In this document: one piece after another, positions 21,957 through 29,675 of the stretch
How the letters are laid out: each line of letters starts with the position of its first letter
How positions within the stretch are numbered: position 1 is the first letter of the stretch
Position numbers and translations under genes: made by a program
Origin: Snowella sp.
Lineage (GTDB): Bacteria; Cyanobacteriota; Cyanobacteriia; Cyanobacteriales; Microcystaceae
Direction: 5' to 3'
NCBI GenBank assembly: GCA_035285545.1
Contig: JAYKGY010000119.1
Location: 1 to 48,158 of the forward strand
DNA: 48,158 nucleotides
Notes under the pieces: model-generated
The model's input: the letters and a program-made list of their open reading frames with translations, nothing else
Database searches by the model: none
Told to the model about the DNA's origin: nothing

Positions 21957-22107
21957 AGATTGGCGATCGCACTGTGAATAGGTTAAAGGGGCAATCGCTT
22001 GATTTAGCCACTCGTTAGTCGTAGTAGCTTATGCTTTTTCCCTTGAAATTGCTAAAAGCCACTTTATATATAATAGTGTTTTGATCTGGCTAATTTATAA
22101 TAAGCCT

Positions 22108-22314
22108 ATGCCAAGGAAAATTAGAGAGTTGAGATCTGCGCTCTCAAAAGCGGGATTTCAGATTATTAGAACTAAGGGAAGCCATCAAAGGTGGATTCAT
22201 CCACTTTTGCCAGAGTTCCCGATCACGATCGCAGGGAAAGATGGGGATGATGCGAAAGCGTATCTTGAGAAACTGGTTAAGACTGCGTTAAGTACGCTAA
22301 AGGAGAGGGAATGA
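22108..22314 (+). CDS. hicA: HicA family toxin
   Basis: MPRKIREL...GF...KGSHQRWIHP; ATG at 22108. Confidence 0.9.
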   Translation: MPRKIRELRSALSKAGFQIIRTKGSHQRWIHPLLPEFPITIAGKDGDDAKAYLEKLVKTALSTLKERE

Positions 22315-22538
22315 TGAATTACAAATACCGTGTTAATGTTGTCTGGTCTGATGAAGATGATTGCTATTTGGTGGAGTTACCTGAATTTAGCCACCCATTA
22401 CAGCAATATTTTACGCATGGCGACACCTACGAAGAAGCGATCGCAAATGCTCAGGAGGTATTGGAATTACTGATTGAGGATTATGAAGCAACAGGTAAGC
22501 TTTTACCTATTCCCCAAACACTTCAGACTGTATCGTGA
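22311..22538 (+). CDS. hicB: HicB family antitoxin (short form)
   Basis: WSDEDDCYLVELPEF...THGDTYEEAIANAQEVL; ATGA overlap with hicA. Confidence 0.92.
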   Translation: MMNYKYRVNVVWSDEDDCYLVELPEFSHPLQQYFTHGDTYEEAIANAQEVLELLIEDYEATGKLLPIPQTLQTVS

Positions 22539-22602
22539 TTTTCATGAATATTTTGCATTTTATTTTCTGATTAGCAGTTTTCTGGAGAGGGTTGAGGGGA
22601 AG

Positions 22603-22766
22603 GCGATCGCGCTACGGGTTGCGGTTCCTCCAGGCATAACAATCATCTCTCCATCGCAATATTCATAACGCTCCTCGGAGGTTTCTGCGATCGCCCGATA
22701 TTCTTCCAAGGTGACAAAGGTTTTAGCTTCCGTTGTAATAGTTGGTTTTTCTTGGGAGATAATCAT
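22603..22766 (-). pseudogene. Truncated second Uma2 gene (N-terminal ~50 codons)
   Basis: Near-identical to the N-terminus of 21122-21733 (TFVTLEEYRAIAETSEERYEYC). Similarity ends at the HIP1 site 22603-22610. Confidence 0.88.
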
Positions 22767-22814
22767 GATTTTATCCGCTTCAAATAGTTTATTTATTTTA
22801 TCGTTTTTAAAACA

Positions 22815-22973
22815 GCGATCGCCCCTCGTCTGTCAATCATTCATCACGCAGATCGTATTTATGTCTGGAATACGGGGAAGTTGTCGAACAAGGCGATCGC
22901 GAAATCTTATTGGCTTAAAACGGGGTTTATGCAGGATTATGGCAAGTGCAAACAGGCGTTAAAAATTGTTAGT
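22815..22973 (+). pseudogene. Copy 3: decayed ~50-codon 3' end of an ABC transporter allele
   Basis: Translates AIAPRLSIIHHADRIYV / [33 protein letters not shown], versus [52 protein letters not shown] in the intact gene. Contains a frameshift and a stop, and begins at a HIP1 site. Confidence 0.9.
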
Positions 22974-23033
22974 AAAACAGCGATCACGGTTGAAAGAAGC
23001 CCATAATAAACTTAAGGAATTGATCTGCTATCA

Positions 23034-23094
23034 ATGAGAACCGATACCATCTTCTATCAGCTTTCCTGATTTTTCTAAGGAGGTTTTACAAGCC
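23034..23094 (+). pseudogene. Internally deleted Rpn/DUF2887 family gene (N-terminal stub and junction)
   Basis: MRTDTIFYQL (typical DUF2887 start) is joined out of frame to FPDFSKEVLQAM from the C-terminal region. Confidence 0.75.
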
Positions 23095-23301
23095 ATGTTT
23101 ACCGATACAGATATTAAACAAACTCGATTTTATCGTGAAGTTTTTCAAGAGGGTCGTCAAGAGGGTCATCAGGAGGGTTGTCAAGAAGAACGACAACAGC
23201 TTATTAGACGGTTACAGCAACGGGGCTTTTCAGTAGATGAGGTGGCGGAGATGTTGGCATTATCAGGGGAGGAGGTAACGGAATTATGGGGAAATAATTG
23301 A
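23095..23301 (+). CDS. C-terminal Rpn/DUF2887 module (RpnS-like small protein)
   Basis: KQTRFYREVFQEGRQEGHQEG repeats and HTH-like GFSVDEVAEML; AAGGAGG at 23077-23083. Confidence 0.65.
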   Translation: MFTDTDIKQTRFYREVFQEGRQEGHQEGCQEERQQLIRRLQQRGFSVDEVAEMLALSGEEVTELWGNN

Positions 23302-23325
23302 GGACTGTTGTGGCGATCGCGTTTA

Positions 23326-23375
23326 CCAAAAGAGTGTTGCAGGATTATGGCAAGCTCAAACGGGCATTGAAAATT
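23326..23375 (+). repeat. Copy 4 (most diverged) of the ABC 3'-end repeat
   Basis: CCAAAAGAGTGTTGCAGGATTATGGCAAGCTCAAACGGGC. Shares upstream CCAAAAGAGT with copy 2; HIP1 at 23313-23320. Confidence 0.8.
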
Positions 23376-23712
23376 CTCAGTATCTAAGAAATTTCAGAAG
23401 AAGATAGGGGTTTCTCTGGGCTATTGACCGACGAAGGGAAGCAACTTCAAAAAAACTCCAGTTAATCGGAACTCAAATTTAGGTTTACGAAACGGCTGAG
23501 GATGCTGTTTTGGGGTAGTAATTACCGAACTTTCGCAACATTCCCCTTGCCTAATTGGGCAGAATAACGTAAAAATAAGGGGAAGAACTTAACGTCTTAT
23601 TCCAACTCGCTGCTCTCAAGATTGACACTCAACCCAAAAAGCTTTTCAGAGTAGCATCATTTTGTAGAATCTTTAAACAATTTAGAAAATATCCATTAAT
23701 TCATTTGAATTT

Positions 23713-23931
23713 ATGACCAATCAACTTGCCCATCCAATGGAAAAGTTTCAGCGTAAAATGGCCTCCCTAGTCGAGTCCAAAGCCATTAAACCAACCGATA
23801 GCCTGTGGAAATTAGCCCTACTGTATGGTGATGACTGGGGATTTTGGAAAAGAGAACTCGAAGATTTTGGTTTCAGTATGCAAGATCCCATCAGTGAAGT
23901 TTTAACCGTCGAAGCGTGGGATGAAGAGTAA
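23713..23931 (+). CDS. DUF4327 family protein
   Basis: HPMEKFQRK...SLV...KPTDSLWKL...W..WKRELEDFGFSMQDPI. Confidence 0.8.
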   Translation: MTNQLAHPMEKFQRKMASLVESKAIKPTDSLWKLALLYGDDWGFWKRELEDFGFSMQDPISEVLTVEAWDEE

Positions 23932-23996
23932 AACCGTCGCATCTATGCAAATGGATAGTTGCAAGATAATTTGTGATCACAGAATTAACCCAAAAA

Positions 23997-24779
23997 TTAA
24001 TCAATGGGGCCTTCAATACTTCCCGTAAAAAACTGCTTGATTAACGGATCTTCGGACTCCCAAACCTCATTGGTTGGCCCATCCCATTGAATCTTGCCCT
24101 GATACAGAAAAATAATCCGGTCTGTGGTGTTACGAATCGTACTAAATTGATGCGTTACGATAAGATAAGCACTACAGGCTTTTTGTTGGGTTAATAATTG
24201 ATAAATTACGTCTTCAATTCGGGTTGAAGCGACGGGATCTAAACCGGCTGTCGGCTCATCGTACAATAAAATATTGGCTCCTGCTTTAGCTTCATCGGGA
24301 TGGGTTAGGATAGCACGGGCTAAACTGACTCGTTTTTTCATGCCACCTGATAGTTCAGCGGGATACACATCCCCAATGCCAGGTAACCCTACTAATTCAA
24401 GCTTTTCTTCAACTAATTGCCGAATGAGATCACGAGGGAGTTGGGAGTTGCGATAAAGGGCAAAGCCGATATTTTGCTCAATGGTCAGGGAATCAAATAG
24501 GGCAGATTGCTGGAACACTAAACCAACCCCAAAGGAACTTTCCCCTTGTTCAATGATGCGCTGACGTTTGTGTCCCCGAATATAGACTTCTCCGGCATCG
24601 GGTTCCTGTAAGCCTGCAATGACTCGCAAAATGGTTGATTTTCCCGTTCCTGATGGGCCAATCACGCCTAAGGCTTCGCCTGGATAAACTTTTAAGTCTA
24701 CATTGTCTAAAATGACTTTTGAGCCAAATTTTTGACAAACGCCTTTGAGTTCAACAACGGGTTCAGGAGCATCAGACAT
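23997..24779 (-). CDS. ABC ATP-binding protein, MlaF/Ttg2A/TGD3-like
   Basis: GPSGTGKST, FQQSALFDSLT, ELSGGMKKRVSLARA and YDEPTAGLDP. Confidence 0.88.
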   Translation of the reverse strand: MSDAPEPVVELKGVCQKFGSKVILDNVDLKVYPGEALGVIGPSGTGKSTILRVIAGLQEPDAGEVYIRGHKRQRIIEQGESSFGVGLVFQQSALFDSLTIEQNIGFALYRNSQLPRDLIRQLVEEKLELVGLPGIGDVYPAELSGGMKKRVSLARAILTHPDEAKAGANILLYDEPTAGLDPVASTRIEDVIYQLLTQQKACSAYLIVTHQFSTIRNTTDRIIFLYQGKIQWDGPTNEVWESEDPLIKQFFTGSIEGPID

Positions 24780-24815
24780 AGGAGATTACTTAGCCCTACT
24801 TTCTTTTTTAAAAGC

Positions 24816-25652
24816 TTACAAAAATAAGTCGCGATCGCGCTGGGTGATTTGTAACAGTTTTTCTAACTCCTGCCATTGTTCTGTTTCAATGAGGTTAATC
24901 ACTTGATCCAGTTGTTCACGGTAACTAAAAAGCGATCGCAGCAGGGCAGAACGATTATATTTCGTCATCATCACCCCCAATTCAGGATTGCCACCACCGA
25001 CCCGACTGGTATCCCGAAAGCCCGAACTCGCCAATTGTTGAGCTAATTTAAGAATGGTTGAATCAGCTTCTCCTAGAGACGCGGCAATTAAACTGGCACT
25101 TACCATCACGGGTAAATGGGAAATCCACGCTACCGCTTGATCATGACTTTCCGGCGTGCATTGATAAAGGGTTGCGCCCAAACACGCAATCAACGACACC
25201 ATTTTTTCTAAATCCGTTGATCGGGTCTGGCCTGTTGGCGTTAGGACATAAGGCGCATTGTTGAATAAATTGAACTGGGCTGCTTCAATGCCTTGATCCG
25301 CCGTTCCGGCCATCGGATGCCCTCCCACAAAGTTGGGCCAAATCAATGAACACGGTTCCACAATCGGGGCTTTAACTGAACCGACATCGGTAACTAAGGT
25401 ATCTGGGGCTAGGTAGGGAAGGATGGTTTTTAAGGTCGGAACAATGGACGCGATCGGAGTACAGAGAAAAATCACCTCAGCTTGGGCTAACCGAGAAACA
25501 TCCACACTCGCTTGATCAACGGCTTCCCGTTCCATCGCCCGTAAACACGTTTTTTCCTGTCGAGAAATCCCCAACACAGAAAATCCTTGAGCGCGAAAAT
25601 CTAAACCCAAGGAACCGCCAATTAACCCTAACCCGACGATACCAATCTTCAT
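24816..25652 (-). CDS. tyrA: Prephenate/arogenate dehydrogenase
   Basis: GLGLIGGS, TDVGSVK, GGHPMAG, SHLP and GFRDTSRV. Confidence 0.93.
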   Translation of the reverse strand: MKIGIVGLGLIGGSLGLDFRAQGFSVLGISRQEKTCLRAMEREAVDQASVDVSRLAQAEVIFLCTPIASIVPTLKTILPYLAPDTLVTDVGSVKAPIVEPCSLIWPNFVGGHPMAGTADQGIEAAQFNLFNNAPYVLTPTGQTRSTDLEKMVSLIACLGATLYQCTPESHDQAVAWISHLPVMVSASLIAASLGEADSTILKLAQQLASSGFRDTSRVGGGNPELGVMMTKYNRSALLRSLFSYREQLDQVINLIETEQWQELEKLLQITQRDRDLFL

Positions 25653-25659
25653 AAATCAA

Positions 25660-25944
25660 TCAATTCATTGAATTGCGAGGCAGGGAAAAATCAGAACAGT
25701 AGATCGCTTGTTCGGTATTGGCCACACTGGGTCGAACCGTACACTTGAGTTGATAATGATTGGTGAAAAATTGGCATTGGGTGCAGGGAATACGGTGCAT
25801 TTGTCGCGCTCTTTCGGTCATGTCTCGCAAGCTTGCCCACAGCGTCCAACCCAAGAGAAGAACAAACGTCCAAGCCAGCAAGAAACAAAGCGGCGTGAGA
25901 ACAGGATCGAGCCATTGGAGGAAAGCGTGGATAAGCATTAGCAT
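25660..25944 (-). CDS. Small membrane protein with Cys motif (conserved cyanobacterial hypothetical)
   Basis: TM segment followed by HRIPCTQCQFFT..LKCTV.P...C.DF. Start chosen at an internal Met. Confidence 0.75.
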   Translation of the reverse strand: MLMLIHAFLQWLDPVLTPLCFLLAWTFVLLLGWTLWASLRDMTERARQMHRIPCTQCQFFTNHYQLKCTVRPSVANTEQAIYCSDFSLPRNSMN

Positions 25945-26154
25945 CGTTAATTTAGCCCCTAATGATACAGGTAACTTGACAGCAAAACTTAATTTGATTG
26001 TTGCATAAATGTTTAGCCAGTTGCGATGGAAAAGCAAGAAATCGAACCCTAAAAGTAGGTATGGCTCTATCTAGGGAAAGAATGATATTGACACCAAGCT
26101 GAGCGATCGCAATTAATATAGAGATAGAGGGTAATTTTACAATTTTGGGGTGAT

Positions 26155-26265
26155 ATGACTTTAATTGATACTGAAATTTATAATACCTGTGTGTTCCTGT
26201 TTGGGGCAACCTTGTTTATGAGTATGATTGTTTGGGCAGTCTGGTTTGCCTGTAATATGGATTAA
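26155..26265 (+). CDS. Putative 36-aa single-TM microprotein
   Basis: MTLIDTEIYNTCVFLFGATLFMSMIVWAVWFACNMD with GGGGTG upstream; below the ORF-track cutoff. Confidence 0.5.
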   Translation: MTLIDTEIYNTCVFLFGATLFMSMIVWAVWFACNMD

Positions 26266-26391
26266 GTCATTTAGTCTTAATGATTAATAAATTAACGGGT
26301 TAATGATTAAATTTATGGCGAATAACATGATGAAATTAAACGCGATCGCCCTTGATTTTATTCCAACTTTAAACCAATCGAGATAATAGCA

Positions 26392-28455
26392 ATGGGATGG
26401 AAATTTTTTGCAGATCGAGGGGGAACGTTTACCGATTTCATCGCGATTACGCCGGATCATCAAATTCTTACCCATAAATTATTATCCCAAAATCCTGAAC
26501 GGTATTCAGATGCCATTGTTCACGGAATTCGAGAAATTTTAGCGTTATCGACCGATGCTCCCTTGCCATCCGATCAAATTGATGTCATTAAAATTGGAAC
26601 CACTGTAGGCACTAATGCGCTTTTAGAACGCAAAGGCGATCGCGTCGTTTTAGTCATCACGCAAGGCTTTAAAGATGCGCTACGAATTGGCTATCAAAAT
26701 CGCCCGAATATTTTTGCCCAAGAAATTATTTTACCGGAATTATTATACGAAAGGGTTGTTGAAATAGAAGAAAGATATGATGCTCAAGGAAATGAATTAA
26801 TACCGATTAAGGTTGAAAAAACAAAAGAAGATTTACAACAAATTTATCAGACAGGAATTCGCAGTTGTGCCATTGTTTTAATGCACAGTTATCGTTATCC
26901 CAATCACGAAAAACAAGTTGCTCAAATTGCTCAAGAAATTGGCTTTACACAAATCTCTGTTTCCCACCAAATTAGCCCCTTAATGAAATTAATTTCACGG
27001 GGGGATACGACTGTGGTTGATGCCTATATTTCTCCCCTTTTACGGCGTTATGTCGATCAAGTTACGAACCAGTTAAATCAATTTCCAAATAAACCTATTC
27101 CCCTAATGTTTATGCAATCTAATGGGGGATTAATCAATGCCGAAAACTTTCAAGGAAAAGATAGTTTATTATCGGGCCCTGCTGGGGGAATTGTGGGGGC
27201 TGTTCAAACCAGTTTAAGCGCAGGATTTGGAAAAATTATTACCTTTGATATGGGGGGAACCTCTACCGATGTCGCCCACTACAAAGGGGAGTACGAACGG
27301 CAATTTGAAACGGCAATTGCAGGGGTAAGAATGCGAGTTCCCATGATGGCCATTCATACGGTCGCGGCGGGAGGCAGTTCTATTTTGCATTTTAAGAATA
27401 ACCGTTACCAAGTAGGGCCAGATTCAGCCGGCGCAGACCCTGGCCCTGCATCCTATCGTCGAGGGGGACCGCTTTGTATTACCGATGCCAATCTTTTATT
27501 AGGAAAAATTCAGCCAGCCTATTTTCCCAACGTCTTTGGACTCAGAGGAGATTTAGCGTTAGATGCAACAATTGTTCAAGAAAAATTTGCCCAATTCGCT
27601 CAACAAATTCAAACTCAAACAGGCTCTGTTTGTACGCCTGAAACCGTGGCCGCAGGTTTTATTGAAATTGCCGTGGAAAATATGGCCAATGCTATTAAAA
27701 AAATCTCCGTTCAACGGGGTTATGATGTGGCCGATTATACCTTGGTTTGTTTTGGTGGAGCAGGGGGTCAACATGCTTGTTTAATTGCGAAAAAATTAGG
27801 GATTAATGCCATTTTTATTCATCCCTATGCAGGGGTTTTATCTGCCTATGGAATCGGCTTAGCAGATTTACGAGCAGTCAAACAATGTAGCATCGAACAA
27901 ATTTTAACTTTAGAGATTATTTCCAACTTAAAAACGGTTATTGCCGAATTAACCAAACAAGCTCAACAAGACATTCAGGTTAATTCTCAAACTGCCTTAA
28001 GTCAGACTAAAAATTGTCAAATCCTCATAAAACTTGGTCTTAAATACCAGGGAACTGATTCAACATTAACCGTTAATTTTCAAGAAGATCCTGCCGTCAT
28101 GCGTTCAGCCTTTGAACAGGAACATCAATTACGCTATGGTTTTAAGCAATCTCAAAAAGCCTTAGTCATTGATTCCCTAACGGTGGAAGTGATTCAACCT
28201 GTCGATATTCCCGAAGAACCCATTATTCAGCGATCGCGTTCCACCCCTCCCCAACCCATAGGCCAGACACGAATATTTACCCAAAATCAATGGGAAGAAA
28301 CGCCTATTTTCAAACGAGAGGATCTAGAGCCAGAAGACTGCCTCATCGGGCCAGCAATTATTGTAGAGAAAATCGGTACAATTATCATAGAACCTGACTG
28401 GAAAGCCGAATTAACCGCAAAAAATCATTTAATTTTGACGAATTTATCTAATTGA
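26392..28455 (+). CDS. Hydantoinase A / 5-oxoprolinase ATP-binding half
   Basis: DRGGTFTD, GTTVGTNALLERKG, LSGPAGG, DMGGTSTDV and FGGAGGQHA. Confidence 0.9.
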   Translation: MGWKFFADRGGTFTDFIAITPDHQILTHKLLSQNPERYSDAIVHGIREILALSTDAPLPSDQIDVIKIGTTVGTNALLERKGDRVVLVITQGFKDALRIGYQNRPNIFAQEIILPELLYERVVEIEERYDAQGNELIPIKVEKTKEDLQQIYQTGIRSCAIVLMHSYRYPNHEKQVAQIAQEIGFTQISVSHQISPLMKLISRGDTTVVDAYISPLLRRYVDQVTNQLNQFPNKPIPLMFMQSNGGLINAENFQGKDSLLSGPAGGIVGAVQTSLSAGFGKIITFDMGGTSTDVAHYKGEYERQFETAIAGVRMRVPMMAIHTVAAGGSSILHFKNNRYQVGPDSAGADPGPASYRRGGPLCITDANLLLGKIQPAYFPNVFGLRGDLALDATIVQEKFAQFAQQIQTQTGSVCTPETVAAGFIEIAVENMANAIKKISVQRGYDVADYTLVCFGGAGGQHACLIAKKLGINAIFIHPYAGVLSAYGIGLADLRAVKQCSIEQILTLEIISNLKTVIAELTKQAQQDIQVNSQTALSQTKNCQILIKLGLKYQGTDSTLTVNFQEDPAVMRSAFEQEHQLRYGFKQSQKALVIDSLTVEVIQPVDIPEEPIIQRSRSTPPQPIGQTRIFTQNQWEETPIFKREDLEPEDCLIGPAIIVEKIGTIIIEPDWKAELTAKNHLILTNLSN

Positions 28456-29459
28456 GCGATCACAGAATCCAATAAATCTTCCCCTTCTGCCACACTGTTA
28501 ATCCGAGAAAGGCGATCGCGTAATTCCGCTGCCCCTGGTATATCCGTGCAATACCAAGTTAAATGCTTACGGGATTGAAAAAGCCCCCGTTGTCCTTTGT
28601 AAGCAACTAGTTGACGTAAATGCTCTTTGGCACATCGCAACCGATCTTGGAGAGAAACCGTCGGAAAAAAACGACCTGTCCGTAAATAATGGTCAATTTC
28701 TCCCACTAAAAAAGGATAGCCTAGCGTCCCCCGTGAACACATCACCCCATCGGCTCCCGTTAATTCCAAACATTCAACTGCTGCTTGCACCGACATAATA
28801 TCGCCATTCGCAATGACGGGAATGGACAGTGCCTCTTTAACCCGTCTAATCCACTCCCAATTCGCTTTCCCGTTATAACCCTGGGCGCGAGTCCGTCCGT
28901 GCAAAGTTAACATCGCCGCCCCTGCATCTTCTAACCCTTTGGCAAAGTCAATAATCGAAATTTCTTGCTCGTCCCAACCTAAGCGCGTTTTTACCGTGAC
29001 AGGAACATCCACAGCTTTAACGACAGTTTTAACAATGGCTTGAGCAATTTCCGGTTGACGCAGGAGGGATGATCCCCCACCTTTTTTCGTAATCTTATTA
29101 ACCGGACACCCCATATTAATATCAATGGTTTTTGCGCCTTCCCTAACGGCTTTTTGGGCCGCTTCTGCCATAAAATCGGGACGACAATCAAACAGTTGAA
29201 TACTAATGGGTTGCTCATCTTTGTCAATTTCCATCACTTGCGGTAATTGCTTCAGGTGATGAATTTCTGTCGCGCTCACCATTTCGGTATAGAGCATGGA
29301 ATCAGGGGCATACCGTCGAACTAAACGGCGAAAAACTAGATCGGTAACGCCCGAAAGGGGAGATTGGAAAACCCGACTTTTTAAGTCAACTGAGCCGATT
29401 TGTAAGGGTTGAGACAGTTTTTCTTTTAGGCTGGTACTGAGGACGCGATCGCAATTCAT
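28425..29459 (-). CDS. dusB: tRNA-dihydrouridine synthase
   Basis: DINMGCPV, VTVKTRLGW, LHGRTRAQ and ANGDI. Confidence 0.9.
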   Translation of the reverse strand: MNCDRVLSTSLKEKLSQPLQIGSVDLKSRVFQSPLSGVTDLVFRRLVRRYAPDSMLYTEMVSATEIHHLKQLPQVMEIDKDEQPISIQLFDCRPDFMAEAAQKAVREGAKTIDINMGCPVNKITKKGGGSSLLRQPEIAQAIVKTVVKAVDVPVTVKTRLGWDEQEISIIDFAKGLEDAGAAMLTLHGRTRAQGYNGKANWEWIRRVKEALSIPVIANGDIMSVQAAVECLELTGADGVMCSRGTLGYPFLVGEIDHYLRTGRFFPTVSLQDRLRCAKEHLRQLVAYKGQRGLFQSRKHLTWYCTDIPGAAELRDRLSRINSVAEGEDLLDSVIAQLDKFVKIK

Positions 29460-29675
29460 AGCTAATCATGGTTTTTGCTACAGCAACGGGAGGGGAAACT
29501 TAAAACAGCAGAATCTGGTTTTCAAATTTAATAAATTTAATCCTGCTGATTTTTGCAAGCCTTCTCAATTTTAAGCTCAAAGCCAGAACTGGATAGGAGG
29601 TTAATGACTGATTTTAGTTTATAGTTTTCTGAAATTGATTTTTATCATCCTTCTTCATACCCACACTCAGCTTAT

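Noticed and set aside
22711..22962. 83-aa plus-strand ORF from the track
   Set aside because: It runs across the Uma2 stub (antisense) and the ABC remnant, mostly out of frame; not a plausible gene.
18554..23375. 29-bp direct repeats as a CRISPR array or classical integron attC sites
   Set aside because: Spacing is 0.4-2.5 kb and contains whole genes. The repeat is coding sequence from the ABC gene and is not palindromic. No cas or intI gene is in the window.
23400..23712. Possible ncRNA or long leader upstream of the DUF4327 gene
   Set aside because: No recognisable RNA family motif or convincing structure by eye; cannot be supported without covariance analysis.
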